Origin: Dimorphilus gyrociliatus
Lineage: Eukaryota > Animalia > Annelida
DNA: 64,000 bases
Direction: 5' to 3'
NCBI GenBank assembly: GCA_904063045.1
Contig: CAJFCJ010000002.1
Coordinates: 1,944,422-2,008,421, forward strand
Part shown: piece by piece, positions 1 to 10,797 of the stretch
Position numbering within the stretch: the first letter of the stretch is position 1
How the letters are laid out: each line of letters begins with the position of its first letter
Translations under genes and position numbers: made by a program
Notes under the pieces: generated by a model
The model's database searches: none
What the model was told of the DNA's origin: nothing
Seen by the model: only the letters and a program-made list of their open reading frames with translations

Positions 1-360
1 AGAAAAATGACATCATTAAAGTCCTTGCTGCATAAGAAAAGTATTTTTAATAAGTGTATGAATTCTAGCGACAAAGATTTGTCTAAGCACAATATCACCA
101 ACTCTTTTTATCGCTGGTTGAATGTTTTCCTTCAGTTAGTTAATAAAATTCTATGTTATACATTTTGTTACAAAAATGTATAAAATATATAATTTTCCAG
201 TAAATCTGGAGACTATTTTGAAAATACTGAAAGTCTTCTACAAAGTGTTGAAAGTCAAACGGATGGCTTTGAGCAGGATTTTGAGGACGCCCCATTTGAT
301 CCAATATTTGCAAGTAAAATCAGGATTTAGATTTAATTTTTCAGTAAGGAAGTAATATTC

Positions 361-1215
361 GTGTATCTATCATTAGATCGAAAAACATCTGATTGTAAAG
401 ATTTGAAGAATAGTGGAGAAGTTACTATTGATGATACTGCATGGGTTACGAATGACCAGTACAAATTATTCAGTTATCATAAGGAAATTCTCATAAAGCG
501 AAGCGAATTGACAGCAGACGTTATTAATTATGGAATGGGATTGATAAAAAAGCAATTTCCAAATGCAGCTGGGTTATTTAATATTGAGCACGTGTATAAA
601 TTAGATTTTCCACGTTGTTCTGATAGATTTATTCAGATTCTTCATTGTGGATCACGGAACCATTGGATTGTAGCTTCAAATTATCATAAATTCGGCAAAA
701 ATCTTATTCATATTTATGATAGTCAACATGATCAAATAAATGAAGATCTAAAGACGCAAATTTGCAATATTTTACATTCAAATTTAAAAACTGTATATTT
801 TCAATGCTGTTCTGTCCAACAACAGGTAAACTCTACAACTTGCGGTTTATTCTCTTTAGCTTTTACTGTGGATTTGCTAAGAGGAGAGGATGTTATTGAA
901 ATTGAATATGATGAAAGCGATATGTTTAATCACTTGATTCATTGCCTTAATTTGGGGAAAATTTGCGAATTTCCTAGAAAAACGGGAAAATCGTCTCGAC
1001 CAAAACCGATTCTTTCTGAAGTAAATGTTATTTGCAAGTGTCGGATGCCAAGTAATCGTTACCTAACTTTTAGAGAATCAAATGACGAAGAAAAAGGACT
1101 TGTTGCATGCTTAAAATGTAAAGAACATTTTCATATGGAGTGCGTGGATATCTCAAATGAGAATTTTAAATGTTACTTTTGTGCATTCGATAGATTTAAG
1201 ATTATTAAAGCATAG
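361..1215 (+). CDS. Ulp1/SENP-like (C48) cysteine protease followed by a PHD finger; probably the last exon of a gene that starts upstream; possibly transposon-derived
   Basis: Protease motifs HWIV (His), IYDS (Asp) and QQQVNSTTCG (Gln/Cys). C-terminal CKC..CLKC-x4-H-x2-C..CYFC is a C4HC3 PHD finger. The ORF begins at GTG just after an acceptor-like tttcag (341-344), and an open exon-like stretch lies at about 200-313. Confidence 0.8.
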   Translation: MYLSLDRKTSDCKDLKNSGEVTIDDTAWVTNDQYKLFSYHKEILIKRSELTADVINYGMGLIKKQFPNAAGLFNIEHVYKLDFPRCSDRFIQILHCGSRNHWIVASNYHKFGKNLIHIYDSQHDQINEDLKTQICNILHSNLKTVYFQCCSVQQQVNSTTCGLFSLAFTVDLLRGEDVIEIEYDESDMFNHLIHCLNLGKICEFPRKTGKSSRPKPILSEVNVICKCRMPSNRYLTFRESNDEEKGLVACLKCKEHFHMECVDISNENFKCYFCAFDRFKIIKA

Positions 1216-1370
1216 TTTGAAATAAGTTTTAACTACTTTTTACACGTTAACCTATAATAATATTATCGAAAACTACACAGGCTCTCTTATTTCAAGCATT
1301 CTTGAACTAAAACAACTCAAAATATCTAGTAGAAAAGGTAAAGGTTGGTGCACGCCATTATTTAGTAAGT

Positions 1371-1387
1371 CCAATCAGCGCATGCGC
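1371..1387. promoter_or_regulatory. CCAAT box (NF-Y) next to a perfect NRF1 palindrome, about 200 bp upstream of the ZC3H13 ATG
   Basis: ccaatcag at 1371 overlaps GCGCATGCGC at 1378-1387. Both match established consensus motifs and sit in a locally GC-enriched patch. Confidence 0.5.
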
Positions 1388-1587
1388 TCCTGTCTTATGG
1401 GGCTGCTATATTTTACATCTTAAAGCTTTATCTTTTTTTATTGTTTTTCTGGGTACTAAACGCTGCTTAAAGCAGCAAGGTTGGTAATAATAAATGTTTT
1501 AAGAATCGATTCACTCAAGATTTCGATTGTAAACATTATACTTACGTAAAACAGAAAAGCAAACATAGAGGGCGATAATAGGACGTA

Positions 1588-4498
1588 ATGAGCACTAAAC
1601 GCCAAATCTCAGCCGAAGAAGGAAAAGCCAGACAAAGCGTTTTTGCCCGTTTAGGTCCGGGAGCCCCAAATCGAGTAAAAGAAATTGAGGTATAGACGTA
1701 ATATGTTAAAATTTGGTAATATCGCAGATTTTTTTTTAGCAAACAAGGTGGGAAAAAGCAATACGAAAAGACGAGAAGAAAGTTAAACTATCGTCCCCCA
1801 GTGCATCTTCCTCATCTCCTAGTCCAAAGGTATGTTCCGTTATTCTGTGATTGCTAATACCATATTATTTAGTAGTTTGAAGCAATTCAATTCTTGCTTT
1901 GCTTGAAAAAGATTGATTATAAATCATATTTCCTTAATGCAACTGTTGACATAAAAGAGTGGAGATTTTAATATAGCACGAGGATTTAATTTTTTCTAAA
2001 AAGAAATTTATCATTTATTGGCAATGTCATTCTAAAATTGCTGAAGCGTTTTATGTGAAATTTATCTATTGGTGTTACTGGAAGTTACTAATTTCCAATA
2101 TATTGTGTAAAAACATTGTTAAATATTTGAGACTAAAGAATCAAAAACAATCGTTAGTTTATAAATCATAGATTGTTTTTGTTTAAATTAGAGACGGAAC
2201 AAAAAAGTTCCGGAGTGCGAAGACGAGCATTTAAGGAATTTGGAAAAGCAGCGCCAACTCTTACTGGACCAGTTAGAGCGCGAATACAGTGAAAATAAAA
2301 GACCACCCGAGTCATCTGCTTCAAGTGAAGAAAATCTAACGGCAGAGTCTGATAGACAGCAATCGGAAGATCTTTCTTTAAACAAAAAAAGAAAGTTAAC
2401 AAACCGATCGCCATCTGTTGAGCTGACGAAAGAAGTGATTGACAAAAAATTAAAAATGTCACAAGCTAGGAATCCAACTAAACAGAAACCATCTCCTATC
2501 CGACCTCCTACACCACCCACTCCCGTAAAAATTGTGAAAACAATAACATCACCACCATCGAGGAGTATTAAAGTAGTAACTAGTCCTGGACATAGTTTGT
2601 CGGATTCTGACAATGAGGAAACTGAGAAAAAGTTAACTCCTACAGTTCACATCGTATGTTTTTATATAAAGTGTATTTTTAGTGATAGTTGTTTTCCAAT
2701 TAATTTTCCTAAACTAATACGAAATTATAATTGCCTCGATTTTTAAGATCAGCTTAGCAAGTCTAAAAATGAAATTATGGGTGAAGTAATCAATTTTTAT
2801 TTGTAGCAGAAGCCAAAATCCTCGTCAACGGAGCAAAGGAAACCTGTTGAAAAACAGAGTGATTCTAGAAGGAAAAAGCCGAGTACTTCAAAAGACACAT
2901 ACGAGCGCAAATCGACAGTAGATTCCGCTCAACTGAAACGACCGATGGAAGATCACGAGGTAACCAGGGAATCGAGCAGAGGCGGCTCGAATCATTCAAC
3001 TGATCGAAGTGAATCCCACGATAGCTATAAAAAACATAGTCATCACTCCGACCAATATAAGAGAAGTGGAGCAACCGATCATTCGGAGCCTCGTAGGAAA
3101 CATGCCACTTCCTCTGATCATTACTACAATGAGGATTACAGAAAACATGAACGCTCCTCAGAAAGATCTGTTGCTTCTTCAGTCGACTCAAGAAGACGCA
3201 GTGGAAGGTCGCCTGATCGAAGCGACGCTACTGAGTCCTATAAGCGGCACTCAGTTGAGCATCCAGATGAGCATAAAAGGAGCGGCTCTCGTTCAACCGA
3301 GGATAAAAAGTATATGTACCACTCGTCTTCGTCAAGTAAGGATAGAAAAGAGCGAAGAGATGATTGGGGACACAGGAGGAGTTTACCTAGTGAAAGAGGA
3401 GGGGCCTATGATTATTCCAGAGAAGAGTATGACTACAAACCAAAACGACGGGAAGATGAGTGGGGTAAAGACACAAGAGAAAGAGACCCAAGAGACAGAG
3501 ACCCCAGAGACTCAAGAGACTGGCATTCAAAAGATAAAGACTATCCGTCTAGAGATAGCAAAGATGGAAAAGATTCCTACTCATCAAGCAAAGATAAATA
3601 CTATTATGAAAAAGATTATTACAAGGAAAAGGACTATAAATATCATGCGAAAGATAAAGAAAAAGACTATTACTATTCTAGAGAGCATGATAAGAGAAAA
3701 CACAGAGATAAAACTGACTCTAAAGATTATAGAAAGGATATGTACGATCAGGATAAACGAAAGGAGAGAGATCATAGGAGAGACAGATCGAGGAGTGGCG
3801 CAAGAAGCTCTAGAGAGTCTTCAAGGGATCATAAAAGGGAGAAAGTCGTACCAAAGACAAGGACTAGAGAAAAATCAGAAATTGAGGAGGAACCTCGGAA
3901 GGAAAAACAGGAAAAACCGGAACCTCAGATAGATGTTATAGATTCGGACACTGTAAATGTTAGTTCAGTTGAAAAGCCCTCAGGTGAAAGCCTCTCAGGA
4001 GATGAACAATCGGTAACCTCTAAACGTTCAGTATACTCAGATATTTCTGAAGATGAATTAAAATCAGACTCTGGGATGCCTCAAACTGAGCATGAAGCTG
4101 CCATCGATAAACTTGATATTGAATGGTCTAACTTAAACGAACCTCTTCCCAGAAGTGGATCTGCCCAAGGTCGATCTATAATGGAAGTTATATATAAAAT
4201 TGGTTTAAGTAAACGATTTGTCGGGGAAAAATTGTTTAACGATATTGATTCGAAATGCACCGAAAAATTAGGAAAGCACTTGTTAAGTGGTGACGCTTGG
4301 ATGCATGCATCATTCGTAAGGAAGGATATGGAAAGAGAGAGACTACTTAAAGATATGGGAGGGTATTGCAGAGCTCTAACAGCCAGAAGAGACCTAGCCA
4401 TAAGAAGACACTTGTGTGAATATTCTCACCCTGCCCAATTAGCTGTTGATCAACTTTCTTACAAGCAAGCTGTCGAATTATTCATGTCTGATAATTAG
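1588..4498 (+). CDS. ZC3H13: ZC3H13/Flacc, m6A writer complex adaptor (multi-exon)
   Basis: Exon 1 MSTKRQISAEEGKARQSVFARLGP resembles the ZC3H13 N-terminus (SVFERLGP). Long R/D/S-rich low-complexity middle with RDPRD repeats. C-terminus IGLSKRFVGEKLF...ERLLKDMGGYCRALTARRDLAIRRHLC matches the conserved ZC3H13 C-terminal domain. Introns traced at 1690-1739 and 1830-2191, with more near 2650-2810. Confidence 0.85.
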
Positions 4499-4529
4499 AA
4501 TTTATATACTATATAAACATTTACTAAAT

Positions 4530-4545
4530 TATATATATATATAAA

Positions 4546-4589
<44 letters not shown>
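4530..4589. repeat. (TA)n microsatellite
   Basis: Nearly uninterrupted TA run just downstream of the ZC3H13 stop codon. Confidence 0.95.
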
Positions 4590-4592
<3 letters not shown>

Positions 4593-4882
4593 AATATTTA
4601 CCCATATACTTGTTTACTATATTTCAGCTTTTATCGGAGGAGAATGCATTATATATAAAACATTGTTCTTGACTTTTTGAATATTTAACCTTTTCCAGAG
4701 GATTGAAAACATGTTGTGCCTGGTAACTACATTGTCGTTCACTCATCTGAAACAGATTTGTTGTATAATATAATTTAAATATGAAAACAGTCTAATTTGA
4801 ATATTAAAAAAGGACTTTCGTAATGTAATACAAATATCAAATATAAGAATAATAATATTTAGGATTGATGTAGGACTACAAT

Positions 4883-7401
4883 ATGAAAAACAAAAAAAGT
4901 ATGTTGAAAGCAATTCTATTAGTTTTTCTTTTAAACTTATGTTTAACGAAAAATTCAAAAGTAATTCTGAAATCTTTGACTGAAATAAACTTTTTAACTT
5001 GTCAAAATCTTAAAAAGAGCATTAAAGGAACGCTCAAGATTATTAATTCTTATAAAAATGAGAGTAGAATTTACTTTTCAAGTTATCATATAAATAAATT
5101 GAAATATAATTCTTATCAACTGTTTAATTGTTATAAGAATTCTTCAATTTCTTATCAAATAGCTAAACATCGTCTACCTATCTTGAAAATCATTTATAAT
5201 ATACGAATTTACTCTATTAGTTGTTCAGAAGCCTCTATTAAAATCATTTTGGAACAAATACAATTGAAATCCTGTCTATTTGTAAGAGATGGTCAAATGG
5301 ACGATGTCGATGAACTGTTGATCTTTGAATCCTCTGAATGTTTCATAGATACTCGAACATCTATATGTAATTTATTGAAAATTGCAATCAATGGTAAGAA
5401 AGCTTTGCGGAAAGTATCTGTTTATCATTCTTTTCCGATAAGATGCTATGGAGAGTGCGAAGAATGGATTTATGATATAATCTTTGAACGCTTTAGCAAA
5501 TATTTGAAAATAATTATCACCGAACTACAAGATAAAAATAAGAAAAGAATTTCATTAGAAGCAGATGGATTCAATTCTTTTAAACAATGTCCGAAAAATC
5601 ACCAAATGATGTCACTATTTAGAAAAGGTCAAACAATCAGAACAATATATTGTCTTCAATGTGAAAAGTTAACGTTTTTAGACAGTAATCGGCGACCATT
5701 AAAAGATTTAAGACAGCCGTGTATTCTATGTCCCTTTAATGCTTTCTACAATGTGAATAGTAGAACATGTGAAATATGTCCAGGTCATAAACTCCACTCA
5801 GAAGATACTCCACCTTCGGGGAGTAATTCTGCTGTAGTTTGTTCAATATATGATGATATATCATCCATGAATCATTACGCAACCGTACTAACTAATAAAA
5901 GAAAGCCTACTTTTGAGTGTTGGCCTTGGTACATGAGAATTATGAAAAATAGCTACAATTTAATTGAGGTAAAATATACATATGGGGAAGAGATAACAGA
6001 AGTTTCGGAAAGCCTATCAATTTCTCTTGGATATTATCAACATATGGAAAACTTTAATTGCACAATGACACTAAAAGATTCATCTGGATTTAAATTTAAT
6101 ATTAGTATAGTTTATATTGTCCAAGAAGTTTATCCGGATGCTTTGGCAAATTACTTTGAAGAAGAAGTATCAATTTGTCCTGGGCGAAGCAGACTAAAAC
6201 AAATTGAATTATCAATAAGAAGAAAGTATTTTTATTACAGGTTTATTAGAAAGATTACAACAGCAAAAACCAATCCAGTCCATATCAAAATAGAATGCGG
6301 TAGAAGATTATATAAACTTGAATCTATACATAGAAATTTATCACAAATCGATGATAGACAATTATATGAATACGAACCAAAGAGTATTCTTAAAGAAAAT
6401 AAATATAGAATTCGAGTATGGATTATCTATCAATTACATTCATCAGTTGAGGTTCTTAATTCGGATTATTGCTTTGAACAATTACCAAGTTTAATTAGTC
6501 AGTATAGAAAGATATTTAAGAATTTAAATTCATTAGAATTGCTTGAAAGATTATTAAGAATATGCTATATGAATATTTGGACATCACTTCACTTTCATAG
6601 TATCATACATCCAACAAAAAAGTTTAGAAACGTCTTACGTAAAGTCTATAATCAAGTTAAATTTGACTTATCTGTAATAGTACTTATAATATAAATGAAT
6701 TTATGTTAACCGTTCCTTTAATAATTAACGAATCATTTATATTATAAAACTATTTAATTAAATAGATTAATAATATTAAAATTTCTTCAAGAAATGCTAA
6801 AAGAGATATTTGGAAGATTACTATATATAATGAATGTCCAGCTGGCTACGGTTTAGAGGATAATCCGTTTAATTTATTATGTGTTCGATGTCCCCAAAGT
6901 TATCATAGTCCTTCTGGAATTCATCGATGCGAAAAATGTGAGCTTTTCGGCATCTGTTCACATGAGGAAAATGACGATTTTTTCAATGATCAAGTAGATA
7001 TAGCCCTTGACACCACTGTAGGTTTTTTTTATACTTATATATATTATTTTGAGTTGGGACTATTAGGGATATTAATAATCTCATTAGTTTTAATTAATAT
7101 ATGGACAAGAAGAAAGGTTAAGAATAGACAAAAGGATACATATATGTTTTACTTTGCCGATCTATTTGATGAAGTTCCCAAAATGCCATATTGGTTTAAC
7201 TCTTCGTCGCATTTTGGATTGGCACTTTTAGTAAATGGAATAGAGCATTTTGCTTTAACAGATGGTTTTGAAGTTGTTGTATATCTTGGGAATGAATGGA
7301 TAAATATTAATCAATTACCGCCAATATACGAAATTGAATATATTGATACACAAGCGCTAATAAACCATCAAGGAGTTAGTCACTTCACTCTCGAAAATTA
7401 A
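4883..7401 (+). CDS. Orphan type I membrane protein: signal peptide, large ectodomain with Cys-rich ephrin-receptor-like (GCC2/GCC3-type) repeats, TM helix and cytoplasmic tail; two large exons
   Basis: Hydrophobic N-terminus LLVFLLNLCL and Cys clusters CILCPFNAFYNVNSRTCEICPG. A second open exon from about 6792 (ECPAGYGLEDNPFNLLCVRCPQSYHSPSGIHRCEKC) is in frame with ORF 7054-7401, which carries the TM LGLLGILIISLVLINIW followed by RRKVKNRQK. The exon 1 donor is not pinned down. Confidence 0.65.
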
Positions 7402-7433
7402 AGGATTTTAAATTCTAAACAATGGGCAACTTT

Positions 7434-7499
7434 TTTCCCGCCAAACAAAAATGGAACAGGAATCCATACAATCTAAGCCTATCGAGCGCTTAGCAACAG
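7434..7499. promoter_or_regulatory. E2F-like (TTTCCCGC) and RFX/X-box-like (GCTTAGCAACAG) motifs upstream of DYNLRB
   Basis: Motif matches at 7434-7441 and 7488-7499 within a 157-nt intergenic gap. Short motifs, so chance matches are possible. Confidence 0.3.
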
Positions 7500-7558
7500 T
7501 GAATATTTCGGTTTTGAAGTTTGCTACGTGAAAAGTTCAGGAACACTAACGCTTTAAG

Positions 7559-8014
7559 ATGGTTTGTTTGATATTTTTATCCTTTAATTTTAAGATATAT
7601 TTATATTTTAATGATTTAACTATCAATTTCCTTAAAATTACTGAAAAATAGTCGGAAGTTGAGGACCAATTGAAGAAGATGATGGCCCATAAAGGAGTCG
7701 TTGGTGTAATGATTGTTAATAGTGACGGGGTTCCAATAAGAACAACTCTAGATAACTCTACAACTGTACAACACGCAGCTCTTATCCAACAACTCGTTAC
7801 TAAGGCTAAATCCGTTATCAGAGATTTAGATCCTTCCAACGAATTATCCTGCTTAAGGGTTCGGTCAAGAAAGAACGAAATTATAATAACTCCTGGTAAA
7901 TTACAATCTAAATTACCTTTTCTAAAACAATCTATTAATCGGTTCTTCATCTTTTAACAAACAGAAAAGGATTACGTCCTAATTGTTGTACAAAATGCCA
8001 CGACCGAAACATAA
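7559..8014 (+). CDS. DYNLRB: Dynein light chain roadblock type
   Basis: ATG-only first coding exon (7559-7561), exon 7652-7895 and exon 7965-8014 give [39 protein letters not shown]...[24 protein letters not shown], a strong roadblock match. Confidence 0.95.
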
Positions 8015-8438
8015 AAAACTTTATAAATTTCTTATTGTATTGTTTATCACTTAAAACAGCAAACAAAGAAAGAAATTAAGAGGGGATTAACATTTATTTC
8101 ATTTCTCTTAGTCTTTTAATATACAAATATGAATATATTTTTTGAATATATTTAAAAAAAACATAGTTTAAAATCAATTTTTTCATTCTTTTATAAATAT
8201 AAAATTTTTTATGAAGAAAAAATCAATTATAAATTTTATATAAATATTTGAATTTATATAAAAAAGAAAGATTTTTTTTCATTCAGTTTAGTTTAGGTTT
8301 TAATAAGGATGACTTTTAAAATGCACTTTTAAACTAAAATTTTTATCGGCATCAAATAGAGGGCGTTGGTTGTTTCCTTTAATACAGGCCTACACTTCAT
8401 GTTTGGAAATAGTATACGCTCGTATATTATCGCTCAAC

Positions 8439-10192
8439 ATGTGGGCATGTAATATATGCGATGGGACAGAATTTGAAGAAATTGATGGGCTCTTTTTCTG
8501 TTTAGAGTGCCAAACGCAATCTCAACAGGTTGTAACTGAGAGTGACGTATACAATATATCAAAAGTTGGTAAAAGAAGTATTCGGATCAAAGAAGACAAG
8601 CCAAAAAAGCCTGATAAAAAAAGTGTAACCGGTAAGAAAAAAGTTGGAACGCGCCCTTGGCGAAGCTATGAAGCGTTAACAGTACTTTTAAAGAAACAGT
8701 TAGAAGAATGGAAAAAACTGGGAGTAGATGATATTACAACCAGCGTAGTTTTGAGATTGTGGGCCAAATGTTTGGGAAAATTGCACACAGCTTTTACAAA
8801 GGATATAGAGCTACCTTTTCGCTTTAGAGATCGATATCCAAATCTTTCGAGATCTGAAGCATCCATTCTATTCAGGCAATTTCGCTTGCGAACAAATTCA
8901 CAAAAGCAGAAAATAAGAAGATAGTAAGTTTCATTACGATTGGTAATTGGTGAATATGAATTATTTATTTTAAAACAGCTTAAATAATAAGAAAGAACTT
9001 CTTCAAGAAAAGTCTGGCAACAAGGAAGAAACTAGAAATTTCTACGAGAGTCTTTTGCTGATTTCTGCTATAAACGCTCAAGCCATTAGATTAGTTCATC
9101 CAACAATTACTATAGGTGAATTATACTCCCACTTAAAATCCGACAAGATTCCTTTAACTACAGCGACAAATTACCTACCTGAATGGATGAAGATAGATTC
9201 CGATGATCGGGCAATATTTAAAGTTGGATATTTTTCACTAAGAACATTTAAGCAATCTCTTTCAAAACTCGCCTCAATTATGAACGAAGAATTACTTTCA
9301 ATTAATCGAAATCAACTACAAGGTTTAATTACTCGTTATATTTTCATACTCAATTTACCTACGGAAATGATTCGTCTAGTACGAATATACTATACTGTTC
9401 ATGAGAAAAAAGTAATACATTCAAAAAGCACCATTCCTGAGTATTGGATTCTGTCGATTATAATTAAAGTTTTGGCGTTTTTATTTCGTATAGACGGAAC
9501 ACAAGAAAAGAAGCTCTCAGAAATAGGAGTTTTACTTTCCTCAAAATCACACGTAAAGTGTTTTTGTTATGATGAATGGAAAAGATGGCTAACAAAAGAA
9601 TCCTTAAAATACAATAAAGACGTTATACATTGTGGAGAAGAATTTAGGAAGTGGAAAAGCAACGATGGAGATAGTGGTAATACTTTTAAGTTTTCTGTAA
9701 AGGAAAAGATATAAAAATACATATATATCTTAATATATAGCTTGTACAGTATATTGTATATCTTTATTTCGTATTTCAGCTGATAGCAGAAGAATGTGGA
9801 GCAATGATTATACTTATAGTTTGGCAAGACCATTAAAAAGATTACGACGATCCATAGAAAAAACATATGATATTAAACAGCAAAACATAACATTTACAAA
9901 AACGACTGTTGATTATTTATTACAAGAATATTCGACTATTGAAACAAGAATTAATGAATTATCTATTCAAGATACTATCAAAGAAGAAATACTAACTAAT
10001 TTAAAAAGTATGTATAACTATAAAAGGATACCAAGTAGTCAGAAAAAAATTAATTTTGTTAAAGATATTCTGTTTCAACTCTGCAAAGAAACATGTACAA
10101 TAACGTATCAAGAAATTTATGTTGATAAAGTATTCGATTTAGTTTGCCAAGAGAGATATACTAATTTGCAAGCAAGTTTGTCTGTTATCTAA
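8439..10192 (+). CDS. TAF1B: TAF1B/RRN7, RNA polymerase I SL1 subunit (multi-exon)
   Basis: N-terminal zinc ribbon CNICDGTEFEEIDGLFFCLECQTQSQ, followed by helical cyclin-fold-like regions (EALTVLLKKQLEEW, VVLRLWAKCL, LYSHLKSDKIPL). Three ORF blocks in series on the same strand. Confidence 0.8.
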
Positions 10193-10797
10193 TGAAATTG
10201 AAAATAACTTTATTATAAATCTGCAGAGACAAGCTTTTTCTATATATTTTATATTTTATTTAATGAATTCTTAAAGAAAAATACTTTTTTAGGCTTTTTT
10301 TTACTTCTTTAATAAACAAAAGATGTTGTTTAAAAAACTGTTGCAAAATGATGAAAGGGGGGACAATTTCTTTGAAAACCTGTAAAGTTATGTATTTACT
10401 ATTGTCTTTTGTCTTAAATACTTGATTATTATATAATCGTTATAATTGAATTGTTAAGCATTACTAGGCTATACTGATAGATCTAATATGAGCCAGAGAA
10501 TTCGTAACTATAAACGTTGATATCCGATTATTATAAAGAAGTCCAAAAATTCAACTTTGATACGAAAGTTGTCGTTAAGATGTGTTGTTTTCACAGTTTT
10601 ACTACTAATAGAAAAAAGGCCCTTTCTTTACAAAAATCTGTATTGAAAATGATAAATAATGTTGTAAACTTAATGCTTCAAGGCTGAGAGTAGATTAACT
10701 TAGTCTGTGTTAAATATATTAGATGGTTACTCTATATATAGATACTGCATATATTTTCTTTCTCTGCACTGTTTTAGTCTCTTTTGTTTCCAATATT

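Noticed and set aside
1830-2191. Long ZC3H13 intron 2 as a possible snoRNA host
   Set aside because: Only weak C-box-like (gtgattg) and CTGA matches, with no terminal stem or recognisable guide.
3009-3932. 307-aa overlapping ORF in another frame of ZC3H13
   Set aside because: Purine-rich R/D/K/E low-complexity codons leave shifted frames open, and the product has no recognisable features.
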